Positions 9,065 through 19,233 of a stretch of 20,000 nucleotides of DNA are shown in pieces. Under the pieces are notes generated by a model. The model was not told the DNA's origin. It did not search any database and saw only the letters and a program-made list of their open reading frames with translations. Origin of the DNA: Thelocarpon superellum. Its lineage: Eukaryota. The stretch covers positions 44,379-64,378 of the forward strand of contig JAPEUG010000057.1 in NCBI GenBank assembly GCA_026025795.1, in the 5' to 3' direction. Each line of letters starts with the position of its first letter. Within the stretch, counting starts at the first letter, position 1. The position numbers were made by a program, and so were the translations under genes.

Positions 9065-11707
9065 TTGCATCTGCTGCATCTGCTGCATCATGGCCGGATT
9101 CATCCCCTGCATCGCCGTCGATCCGGGACTCTGCGGGCCGGGCGACGCCCCTCCCTGGGACCCCTGTGCACGCGCCATGGCCTGCAGCTGCTGCATCTGC
9201 TGGAGCTGTTGCATCTGTTGCATCTGTTGCATCTGCTGCATCATTGCCGGGTTCATGGCGCCCATGCCCATGGCATTCGGCATCCCCTGGCCCTGCGCCG
9301 CCGCCATCTGCTGCTGCATCATGGCAAAGTAGGCTTGCATGCGCTGCCAATACTGCGCCATCACCTGTGGCGTCATGCCGCCATACATGCCCTGAGCGCC
9401 GGGCGCGTTGGCCCCGCCCTTGTTGTCGCTGTTGTCGAAGTTGCCGCCTGCCCGTCCCGAGTCGCGCTCGCCCTCCTTCCCCCGGCGGTTGAAGCGGCGG
9501 TCGCGGTTGTCGTCGTCGTGGTCGCGCACGTTGCCCCGGGGCTGGGCCTTCTTGACCTCGATGGACTTGTGGTGGATCTCCAGCGGCTGCGCCAACGTCG
9601 CCTCGACCGCCGCCTCGCTGTCAAAGGTGACGAAGCCGAAGCCGCGCGGGCGGCCCGTGTCCTTGTCCATCATGAGGGTGGCGTCGACCACCTTGCCGAA
9701 CTGCATGAAGAACTCCTTAAAGTCCTGCTCCGTGGCCTCTTGGCTGACGCCGCCCACAAAGATCTTGCTCGTGCGTTCTTGCTCGTCGCGCGGGATAGCG
9801 CGCTTGGGGTCGATCTTGAGAGGTGTTAGATGTGAGCTTCCGCGCCGAGAACGCGACGCCGGTCGGGCGCCGCCGCGAGATGCAGGGATTGAAGCTCTTA
9901 CGATCTTGCCGTCCAAGAAATGCTCTTTCACCATCACAATGTTCACCGTCCGTGCATCCTTGAAGGTCAGAAAGCCAAAGCCTCGCGACCGCCCCGTCGC
10001 CCCGTCGCGCATCACCGTGCAATCCATGACCTCCCCAAATTGGGAGAAGTAGTCCTTGAGCGATTCTAAGCGGCGTCGCGGTGGACCAGATCAGCATGCC
10101 ATCCTTGCGACAGGGGGCCTCACTATCACATACGGTCCGTCGTCTCCCAATTCAACCCGCCGATGAACATCTTCCTGCAAGGACACCAACCCGTCAGCCT
10201 CTCCTCCACGCCGCTGCCCGTACAACGATGCGAAACGTAGAAAACTGTCACAGCCACGTCCTTCCTCCACAGCGACCGAGAAGGGCAACGACGAGCAGAC
10301 TAGGGGCCAGGAGGGGGCAGGTGGCCTTGTCGGCACCACCGTGGCGGACACGGACGGCATCAGACCAGGGCGGCGGATGTGTTGGTGGCGGACGACTCCG
10401 CGTCAGTGTACGAGTACCACGTGGATGAGGGTGATGACGGGCAGCGATGCAGGGCGTCGGTGGACGGCGGATCCAGCTCGGGTCTTATCCATCGTGCCTC
10501 CTCAGCCCATCGGATACGCCCGCCTCTCCCGCCCAGGCACGTCCTCGACCCTGCTCTAGATGGCTCGTCACATCGGTATGCCCCGGCCCTCCATCCATCT
10601 CTTCACACGGGGGTGGTGATCGCCTCCATGGTGTCGTTGGGGTGGTCATCGGCACGTGCTGAGTCTGGTGCACAGAGGGGCCGGAGATGTCTTTCTCTTG
10701 CTATGGATGTCGCATGCTAGGTACTGTCGTCGAGTGCTATGAGCTTTCTGACGCTGACCACGCCATCCCGTCCGGCCGGTCTACCTCGTGCCGTGCCCAC
10801 CGAGATTCTCGCGACTTGAGGCTATGTAGGAGCAGTGGTGGTGGTAGTAGCAGCAGTGGCAGTCGCCGTGTTAGAGCCGCGCCATCTCGGTCGCTGGTGT
10901 GGACGTGAAGTATCGAGGTGGATTACCAGATCATCTCCCTCCATCGGGCCTGCGACGCTCGACCCGCCTTGCCCACTCCACGGTGATCTTCTTGCGCGCA
11001 TCTCGCCCCCGACCCTCACACCACACGGCTCCGATCCTGTCCTTGGTCGGGATCGCTCCTCGCGCCCATCTTCCCGACTGCGCTTGCTCGACAGTGACCT
11101 TTTCAAGGGCACCCAGCGCCGTCCAGTCCACGCTAGCTCCGACGCCTGCACCTCCAGGGTCCGAGCTCGGGCGGATGCACCTCCACTCCGCGAGATATCT
11201 TTCCCACGTCCCTCATTCGCAGATGACAAGATCACAGGCGAGGCTAAAAGAAAACGCAGGAAAGCAATGTTCAACGAAATCTCACTTACCCATCTTCTTT
11301 GATTCCTGGACCGTGGGCTTCGTGATGGCCGCCGTGGCCGCCGCGGCCGCCGTGACCGTTGTTCGTGGGATGAACGCCAGTCATCGCCTCGACCTGCTCG
11401 CCATTGGCGCCGTTCACATTCGTGTAGTCTGCATTCGTCTCCGGCTGCGGGCTTTGGCCAGGCCAGGACGTGTCCGCCGCCTCGGACGTGACGGGAGCGG
11501 AGACGGCAGCATATTCGACCGCCTCACCCGTGTCGGGCTTCAGGGGTTCACTAACGGCTGGAGTGGGTTTGGGCGCGACCTCATCCGCCTCATATCTAGA
11601 ACCAGAGGAAATCGAGTCAGCTCCCCACGACCTCGCACCCGGCCGTGATGTAACGAGACTCACAGATCGGCAAAGAGGTCCTCTTCCAGATCCTCTGGCT
11701 CGGTCAT
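8429..11707 (-). CDS. HRP1: hnRNP Hrp1/Nab4-like two-RRM RNA-binding protein (Musashi/hnRNP A-D related), ~646 aa, 5 exons
   Basis: Exons 11707-11664 (MTEPEDLEEDLFADL), 11595-11290, 10174-10134 (KMFIGGLNWETTD), 10065-9902 (RSRGFGFLTF), 9814-8429 (KIFVGGV, RPRGFGFVTF, Q/M/G-rich tail, PY-NLS-like RGYHPY). Introns of 68, 1115, 68 and 87 nt, all GT..AG with branch motifs; exon total 1941 nt = 647 codons. Confidence 0.92.
9014..9067 (-). repeat. CAG/CAA repeat encoding Q18 in Hrp1
   Basis: 18 Gln codons including 11 uninterrupted CAG (9029-9061); QQM repeats nearby. Confidence 0.95.
10175..11289 (-). other. Long (1,115-nt) spliceosomal intron 2 of HRP1
   Basis: Donor GG|GTAAGT at 11289; branch GCTGAC and acceptor TTGCAG| ending 10175; joins IKEDG to KMFIGGLNW in frame. 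Confidence 0.88.
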
Positions 11708-12008
11708 CGTGGCAGCACGAGGTCAGTTGAAGACGGGCTCGCCCAAGATCTCCGCTAAGTTACTAGAGCCGCGTGGTCAAAGCGACGACAGCGGCAGCAA
11801 ACCGGTGGAGGTCGGTGGTCGTGCTACGATTAGTGGTGATCCACAGGCTTCGAAACCATGCAACAGTCGCAAGATGAGAGGAATTCGAACTTGGATCTCG
11901 CCGGTGATGTGAACGAGCGGATGATGGATCCGGAGAGAGATGATGAAGAGAAGCAGAAAGTAACAGCTTGGTCACTTCAATCGGGTCAAGCGGCGAAAAA
12001 GGTTTACA

Positions 12009-12044
12009 GTCACGTGTGAGCGCCACACGTGATGGTGTCACGTG
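12009..12044. promoter_or_regulatory. Cluster of three RTCACGTG E-boxes in the HRP1 <-> GYP1 divergent promoter
   Basis: CACGTG at 12011, 12026 and 12039, each in GTCACGTG or ATCACGTG (reverse) context. Confidence 0.6.
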
Positions 12045-12200
12045 CGAGGGTCCACGTCGTTCGACGGGACGGACAAGGCATGAGGTACATCTGGGACATC
12101 TGGTGCATCTAGGGATCGTGATGATGATAGATCAGGTCATGAGGCTTGTAGCTAGTCCAAGCTCTTCTCGTTCGGGTCCTTAGGCGGGAAGACGACGTGC

Positions 12201-14497
12201 ATGATGACGGGAAAGAAGACAGCAGCGCAGGTACGTTGCCGTGGCCCTCCTCGATCCCTCATAGTTTGATGAATCAAGCTGACCGGGGCATTCGAGCTTC
12301 AGGAAATGGTCCAGGTTGGTTCGTGCCTTGACCTACTGATTCGTGGAAGTACGGAATGCTTGCCTCGGGCTGTCATGCTGACTTTACGTCCGCCCGTCTT
12401 CAGAGCGTTCCGAGTACGAACCAGCTACCTCCTCCCGCTGAGACATCCAAAAGTGCTAGACTGACGTCTGAGTAGTCGGACGGCTTCACCATTCTGGCGC
12501 CGAAAACCTTCGCCCGGCCGACATGAGTCCCCCAAGGGTCGCGAAGGGAACCTGGTGGTGGGTGCTTCATATTCGCACGCGGACATGCTGAAGTTCGATT
12601 CGCTGTGAGGCCCTACGTGTTGGATTCGCTTGCACCCCCTGACTGCGGCTGCCAGAGCCCTTGGTTCAAGCATCTCTCGACCGCAGACTCCTCCAAGCGG
12701 CTCACGGAGTACGGGGAGCCGTCACACAGGCACTCCTCCCGCCTCGAAATCTGGCTCCAGCGTGACGTCGCCGCCGATCCGAAAGACATACACGGAATTC
12801 CTGTCACATACGAACAGCGACTGGGGAATGGAACCCGATGACGAGGAAGAAGAGGAGGAATATGGCTACGCGGAGGAAGAAGAGGATGAGTTTGGCTTGC
12901 CCAGCCTCGCCACGATGCAGCGCAATGGCCCCCGGCCCTCGGCCCGTTCGACCAAACGGACCGAGAGGGGTCTTGACGTGTATCGGAATGGAGCCGCAAG
13001 CTTCGTCTCCACGCCCGGGCGACCTCGGTCGAGCAGCGCCGACATCGCCGAGGAACGGGGGACACCAACCTATCCGGTTCCCAAGAAGAGCGAGGGCAAG
13101 ATCCTACGACCCCAATACAAGGAGATCCTTCGAGGTACGTCGAAAGAATGGCTCACTGCAGCAATGATACTGAGGCCGAGCAGATCCGGCGAACTCTCTC
13201 CACCTAATCCATCATCCTCCGCTGCCCACCGACGCCACTCCCAAGGAGCGCGAGGCGCACTCCTCACGCATCTCACGCATCAACAAGTTCAAACGCATTC
13301 TCCAAGCGACCTCCATCTCGATCTCCGAGCTCCGCGACTCGTCGTGGAATGGGATCCCGAGCGAAGTGCGGGCAATGAGCTGGCAGATTCTGCTCGGGTA
13401 CCTGCCGACCAACAGCGAGCGACGAAGCACGACGCTGGAGCGCAAACGGAGAGAATACCTCGACGGGGTGCGACAAGCCTTTGAGCGGGGTGGATCGAGC
13501 AACCAAGGGTCGGAGAGCACGCCGACCCGGCCAGGGTCATCCGGACGCGGACGAGGCGTGGACGAGGCGGTGTGGCATCAGATCAGCATCGACGTGCCGC
13601 GGACCAATCCGCACATCGAGCTGTACGGGTACGATGCGACGCAGCGATCGCTCGAACGCATCCTGTACGTCTGGGCGATCCGACACCCGGCCAGCGGATA
13701 CGTGCAAGGGATCAACGACCTGGTGACGCCGTTCTGGCAGGTCTTCCTCGGGAGCTACATCACCGACGCCGACATCGAGAGCGGCATGGACCCGGGGCAA
13801 CTGCCGAAGCCGGTGCTGGACGCGGTCGAGGCCGACTCATTCTGGTGTCTGACCAAGCTCCTGGACGGCATCCAAGACAACTACATCTTTGCGCAGCCGG
13901 GGATCCAACGGCAGGTCGCCGCCCTGCGCGATCTCACCATGCGCATCGACTCGGGGCTCGGCAAGCATCTGGAGCGCGAGGGCGTGGAGTTTATCCAGTT
14001 CAGCTTCCGCTGGATGAATTGCCTCTTAATGCGCGAAGTCAGCGTGAAGAACACGATCCGAATGTGGGACACGTATTTGGTAAGTCTTGGCCCAGTGTCC
14101 AGTATCCCTCCCACTCTATCACATACACACAAAGAGAGAGAGAGAGAGAGAGAGAAGACATACGGTATATCGCCGTTCTAACACCGTTCTTCTCCGTTTC
14201 CTCCAGGCCGAAGAACGTGGATTTTCCGAGTTCCACCTTTACGTATGCGCCGCTTTTCTGGTGAAGTGGTCCGAGCAGCTGGTCAAGATGGATTTCCAAG
14301 AAACCATGATGTTTCTGCAGGCGCTGCCGACGCGCGACTGGACGGAGAAAGACATGGAGCTGCTCCTCAGCGAGGCTTTTATTTGGCAGAGCCTGTTTCG
14401 CGGCTCCAGCGCCCATCTGAGGGATTCGTCGAGTCAGCGCTCTCTTGCTTCTCAGGGCACCGTCGGGATGGGCCCGGATCATGGTGCGGTCGTCTAG
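12201..14497 (+). CDS. GYP1: TBC-domain Rab GTPase-activating protein Gyp1 (TBC1D22 family), ~605-616 aa, 6-7 exons
   Basis: TBC motifs WNGIPSEVRAMSWQILLGYLP, QISIDVPRT (Arg finger), GYVQGINDL (Gln finger), FRWMNCLLMRE, RMWDTY. Exons 12201-12230 (tentative; alternative ATG at 12306), 12303-12318, 12404-12413, 12476-12604 (or -12592), 12656-13134, 13184-14079, 14207-14497. 5' exons are less certain than the TBC domain. Confidence 0.92.
14133..14154 (+). repeat. (AG)11 microsatellite in the last GYP1 intron (14080-14206)
   Basis: Direct reading. Confidence 0.92.
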
Positions 14498-14695
14498 GGT
14501 CAGACGTGATTTGATGTGTGATGTGCGTCTGTCATGTGGTGTGGTGTGATAGAAAGGGTGTTCTTGACTTGTCGTGTCGTCGAATGTAAATATGCTGCCT
14601 CATCTACGTGGATAAGATGACGATGCGAAATCGCGGCCGAGGACGTCCCAAGATGCAAGCTCCAATCAACAAAACAACATGAACAAGAACAAACG

Positions 14696-17181
14696 CTAGA
14701 ATGCCAGCTCCCGCACCGCGCCCCGTCGAGTCCGGGCGTCATACTCGACCCATCGCGCAAGCGGGCGTCGAGCGAGCGGCACCAGCGACCCCGGGTTCAT
14801 GACGTGGCATCCCTCGTAGGTGAGGGCAAACGGAGGCGCCTCGGGGTCCACGAGCACCAGGGCCGTGGGCAGCGGGTAGAGCTGCAACGCCCCTGCGTAG
14901 TCCCATAGCACAGGCCGCGTCGAGATGGGAAAGGGCGACAGATAGCTTTGGTCCAGCAGCGTCTTGACCAGTTTCCGCGCTGTGTGTTGCTCGCTCTTGT
15001 CGTCCTTGGTGGTGGTAGAGGTGGTGAAGGTGGTGGATGCGCCTTCGGGGTCGGCGGCGTCCAGGTCCATTGCTTCTGTTGGGTCGGGGGCGTGGCGAGG
15101 TGCATCGGTCTGCACGGCGTCGGTGTCTGCGCCGCCGTCGTCGTCGGAGGGAATGAATCGGAGCGCGTTCCGCCGTAGCCGGCCTGACATGTCGTCACGG
15201 AAGAAGACCAGTTCCTGCGCGGGCCCGAAGAGGGTCAGCCTTGTCGGATTCGTCGTCCAGATGGCCTCGCCTCCCTCTCCTCGCCGGCTGGTCTTGTCCG
15301 CCTCGGCGTTGACGGTGGCAAAGGTCCGTTTGACGCGTGACGTGAAGAGCTCCGGCACCCCTTTCCGCGGGATCACCGTGGCCGCGCCAGCAGAGAAGGC
15401 AGACGCCCATGGGTCATTGTCCCCGGGCACGAAGATGAAGGTGGCGCTTTGCAGGATGGTGGGAAAGTCGGCAAGGATGGATGCCAGCGCATCGAAGCCT
15501 TCCTTGTACTCGATGCTGCCGGCATTGCCGCCGGCCATGACGGCGTGTTGGACAAAGTTGCCCGTCAGCACAAACACCATGGGTGTCTCGTGCACGGCTT
15601 CCGCGGCATATCGTCCCAGGACCTTCCGCAGGGCTACCAAGGTCTTGGGGCTGTCCAGGTTGACGTCTCCTAGAATCACGATCCGGCCTTGGCTGCGGTT
15701 GGACTCTTCGTCCGCAGCAGAAGCTCGGCCCAGCAGTCGCTGCTCGATCCGTCGCATGCGTGATCCGAGCGCACGCTCACTTCCGACCCCGAGGAAGTCG
15801 ACCCATCCGAACCCTCCTCCCGTTGACACGGTCCTCCGCGCTCCGGCATTGGGAAGACCTAACGTGACCTCACGTCGCTCACACGGAGGACCGCCCATCG
15901 ATAAGCCGACCAGCTTTCCATTGATCGTGCCGCCCACGCCGCCGCCTCCGAGAGCACCTCCACTGGCATCATAGTCCTCTTCGTAGACGCCCTCAACGAG
16001 GACGATCATGCCGGGAACGAACCATGCGCCATCTTCCGGGACCGGCTTGGCTTGTTGGATGTCCAGGGCGATGCTGCCCGTCAAGTCCGTCAGGGCTAGC
16101 GTTCCCGTTGGGGCGATGGTCAGCAGGCCCAGGAGGAGATGGGTGCTGCCGGTCCGACCGAGCAAGTTGGCAATCTGCGTCAGCTTGTAGGACTGCTGCG
16201 CCGTGGCCATGGTCGACGAGGTCCGTTGCAGCGATGGTGGCCGTGACACGGTCACGGCGGGGGTCTGGAAGGACTCGTTCCGGAGTAGTCGCTGATGGAT
16301 GAGATTGTACCGATTCCGGAACATATGTGTCTTGTGTGCCGGCGGTGGCAGTAAGGATGGCGCCGTGGTCACCCTGGACGGCAGTCAGCAACGACGATGG
16401 TCTCACGCAGCTGCCCCACATACCGATCAAAGTGCTTTTTGCCGGGGTTGAAGGTCAACCGTGGCTGAGTCCAGGCATCCACCACCGTCATCCACTTTCG
16501 CGGATCTCCCGCCGCCTCGTCTTCTTCCTCGAGGTCGTCCACGCCCAGCGATGAGAGCCCTAGGCTGGATTGGCTGTCCGTCCTTGCCAGGTCCGGCCTG
16601 CCCTCGGTGGAGCTGTACAGGGCAGAAGCAGAAGCAGAAGCAGAAGCAGAAGCAGAAGCAGAAGCAGTCTCTCCGGTGCCGCCGAAGGCGAAGCTGCTCT
16701 GTCGGCTCAGACCACGGCTCTGCACGATCTTTCCACCGGCCATGGAGCCCTCAAGGTTCTTCAAGATGCCCTTGAGGGCCTCCCCCTCGCCATCCACAAT
16801 CACGCCGCCGCCATTCTTCTTCCAACTCCGCGCCACCTCTTCCAGCACCTTCTCGCCCAGCCCTTCCTCGCGCCATCCCGTGCCACAGTGCTTCCCAATG
16901 AATGAGGCGAGTGATTGGAGAGCGGTCGACGTGAGCGTGAGGTTGTATTTCTTAGTAAAGGTGCGAAAGGCGACGGGCCGGAGGGTGGGGGGCGGCAGGA
17001 GGATGGGAAGGACGGTGGGCTTGGCGGGAGGAAGTCCTCTGGCGGCGAGCGGCCGAATGGGATGTGCTGGGGTGGCAAAGGCGGGGGACGAGGATGGAAT
17101 CGGGTTGGCCGGGGGTGCGGGCGTGTCCGGGGGGAGGAAGAGCGGAGCCGTGTGGGTGGTGAGGGGGTCCGGTCGAGCCAT
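14696..17181 (-). CDS. DPB2: DNA polymerase epsilon subunit B (Dpb2), ~811 aa, 2 exons
   Basis: PILLPPPTLRPVAFRTFTKKYNLTL, MFRNRYNLIHQRLLRNESF, LTDLTGSIALD, FVPGMIVLVEG, FVLTGNF, FIFVPGDNDPW, TNPTRL, LYPLPTALVLVD, CHVMNPG. Exons 17181-16424 and 16373-14696; intron 16423-16374 GTATGT..GCTGAC..CAG (50 nt). Confidence 0.95.
16622..16667. repeat. (GCAGAA)7+ hexamer repeat encoding (Ala-Ser)n in Dpb2
   Basis: Direct reading; translation ASASASASASASASA. Confidence 0.92.
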
Positions 17182-17395
17182 GCTGTCGGCCAGGTACAGA
17201 TTGAGGCTCTACCGACCCATTGAGATCATTCGATGTCACCCTTCACTCGTCAATTATTCGGGGGCGCTCCATGATATCCATCGCTAGTTAGTACTTCAGG
17301 GGGGCCCCGGGATCGAACCTGGCGGAGAGATGTGTATGTACAAGTACGATGTGGTGCAGCTCTGTGGCCCCGGCTGACAACTGGAAGTTGCCGTA

Positions 17396-17581
17396 ACGCG
17401 ACTTGTCAGACGCGACTCCCCACCAAACGCATGACGCGAAGGTCGCCGTCGTGGCTGGCGCGTGTACGAAGTAGGAGAGATCCCAGTGAGTCGTCACCGC
17501 AATCCCCAATCCAACCCACTTTGCGATCCTCATCCATCAGTCACTTCTCCGCATGACTGCCAGACACTTCCGTTTCCGCGT
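17396..17581. promoter_or_regulatory. MCB-like ACGCG cluster in the DPB2 <-> NASP divergent promoter
   Basis: ACGCGA at 17396, 17410 and 17434; reverse ACGCG (cgcgt) at 17459-17463 and 17577-17581. Confidence 0.5.
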
Positions 17582-17671
17582 CAGCCGAATCCTCACGCCG
17601 CGACCGACTCTCCTCATCCGTTGCGGCGATCGCGGACCTTCAGGTCCATCACCTGAGCGGCCCGAGGAGCC

Positions 17672-18166
17672 ATGGCTTCAGCGACGCTGCAGACGCCAGA
17701 GTCGGACCTCACGGGTCAGGCCAAGCTTCAAGACCTGACGGCGCGAGCAACGAAGCATTACTCACTGAAAGACTATGTCACGGCCTCCGATCTGTACGCG
17801 CAGGCCTCGGAGCTGCAGGCGAGGCTCAACGGGGAGACGTCCACCGACAACGCCGAGATCCTCTATCTCTACGGACGAAGTCTGTATCAAGTCGGCGTCA
17901 GCAAGAGCGATGTCCTCGGTGGCAAGGCGGGGGTCGAGGCCACAGCCGAGAAGACGAATCCGCCCAAGTCGAACGGGAGCACGGCGGAGGGTCGAGTGGC
18001 AGAGGAAGTGGTGGCCCAGGTCGTCGAGAATAAAGAGGGCGTGATCAAGCCCAAGGATGATGCGGGTGCGGACAAAGCATATTTCCAGTTCACCGGCGAC
18101 GAGAACTGGGATGACTCGGAGGACGAAGAGGGCGAGGGCGCGGCTGAGGATGCCGACGCCGGCGAG

Positions 18167-18203
<37 letters not shown>

Positions 18204-19233
18204 AGGACGATCTGACGGCGGCGTGGAACGTGCTGGATCTCGCGCGGGTACTGCTCGACCGACGACTGACGGAGCTACACGAATCGCTGGGCAAGGGCAA
18301 GGGCAAGGGCACCACGGACTCGGCCGCCGTCAAGCACGTCAAGGAGCGATTAGCAGACACGCACGACCTCCTGGCCGAGATCTCCCTCGAGGGCGAGAAG
18401 TTCCCTGCCGCCGTGACGGATTTCCGCGCCTCGCTCGTGTTGAAGCGGGAACTACATCCGGTGGAATCCAGCATCATTGCCGAGGCACACTACAAGCTCT
18501 CGCTGGCGCTAGAGTTTGCCTCGACCACGAGCGTGGCGCCAGAGAAGGAGGAGGAAGATCCCGACGCGCCCAAGGACGTCCAGGTGGATGAGGCCGGCCG
18601 CGAAGAGGCTGCCACGGAAATGGAGGCGGCCATCCACAGCTGCAGACTACGCGTGAAGCAGGAGGAGGCGCAGCTGGCCGCCTCCGCGACCGCGACCGCC
18701 GAGGCCGACGCATCCAACGGCACGTCGACAGTCACTCGAGCCAGCATCGACGACGTCAAGGAGATGATTGCCGACATGGAGCAACGAGTAAGCGACGACC
18801 CTCGTCTCTTCCTATTGCCACACTCCTTTCTGATGAGATGCAGGTACTTGATCTGCGCAACCCGCCCATTTCCATCGACTCGTCCGCCAGCACCGGGCCC
18901 GCCGGCGCCCCGGATGGTTCGAATCCACTCAGTGGCATCCTGGGCTCGATCTTGGGCGAGGCGCCCGCCGTGCAAAAAGAACGCATCGAGCAGGCGAAGC
19001 AGCAGGCGACAGATCTGACGGGGTTAGTACGCCGGAAGAAACCCACGGCCACGATGGCGGAGGCGGACGAAGTGGAGACGGGCGCGAATGGTGCTTCTGC
19101 GACGGCGAGCAACGGAGAGGCAACGACGGGCACGAAACGAAAGGTCGAGTTCGTCGAACCAGATGCAGACGCAGATGCAGTGAACGACGGGGCCGAGGGG
19201 AAGAAAGCACGGATCGAGGAGGACGGGGAGTAG
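17672..19233 (+). CDS. NASP/Sim3/Hif1-family histone chaperone (SHNi-TPR), ~501 aa, 2 exons
   Basis: TPR-like ILYLYGRSLYQVG, acidic insert (FQFTGDENWDDSEDEE..EEEEDDLTAAWNVLDLARV), ERLADTHDLLAEISLEGEKF..AEAHYKLSLALEF, basic NLS-like C-terminus (VRRKK, KRK, KKARI). Exons 17672-18787 and 18844-19233; intron 18788-18843 GTAAGC..CTGAT..CAG (56 nt). Confidence 0.88.

Noticed and set aside
8700..9332. Poly-Cys, metallothionein-looking ORF and poly-Leu/poly-Ala ORFs
   Set aside because: Antisense or alternative-frame translations of the Hrp1 CAG/CAA repeats.
10341..11302. Nested ORFs or a C/D-box snoRNA within the HRP1 long intron
   Set aside because: ORFs lack recognisable motifs and mostly use non-ATG starts; no convincing RTGATGA...CTGA pair with terminal stem seen by eye. 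An Rfam scan would be needed to exclude it.
11286..11663. Stand-alone 125-aa ORF starting at GTG 11663
   Set aside because: The GTG is the GTGAGT donor of HRP1 intron 1; the ORF is intron 1 plus exon 2.
14964..15974. 336-aa + strand ORF and others opposite DPB2 and NASP
   Set aside because: Antisense shadows of well-supported genes.
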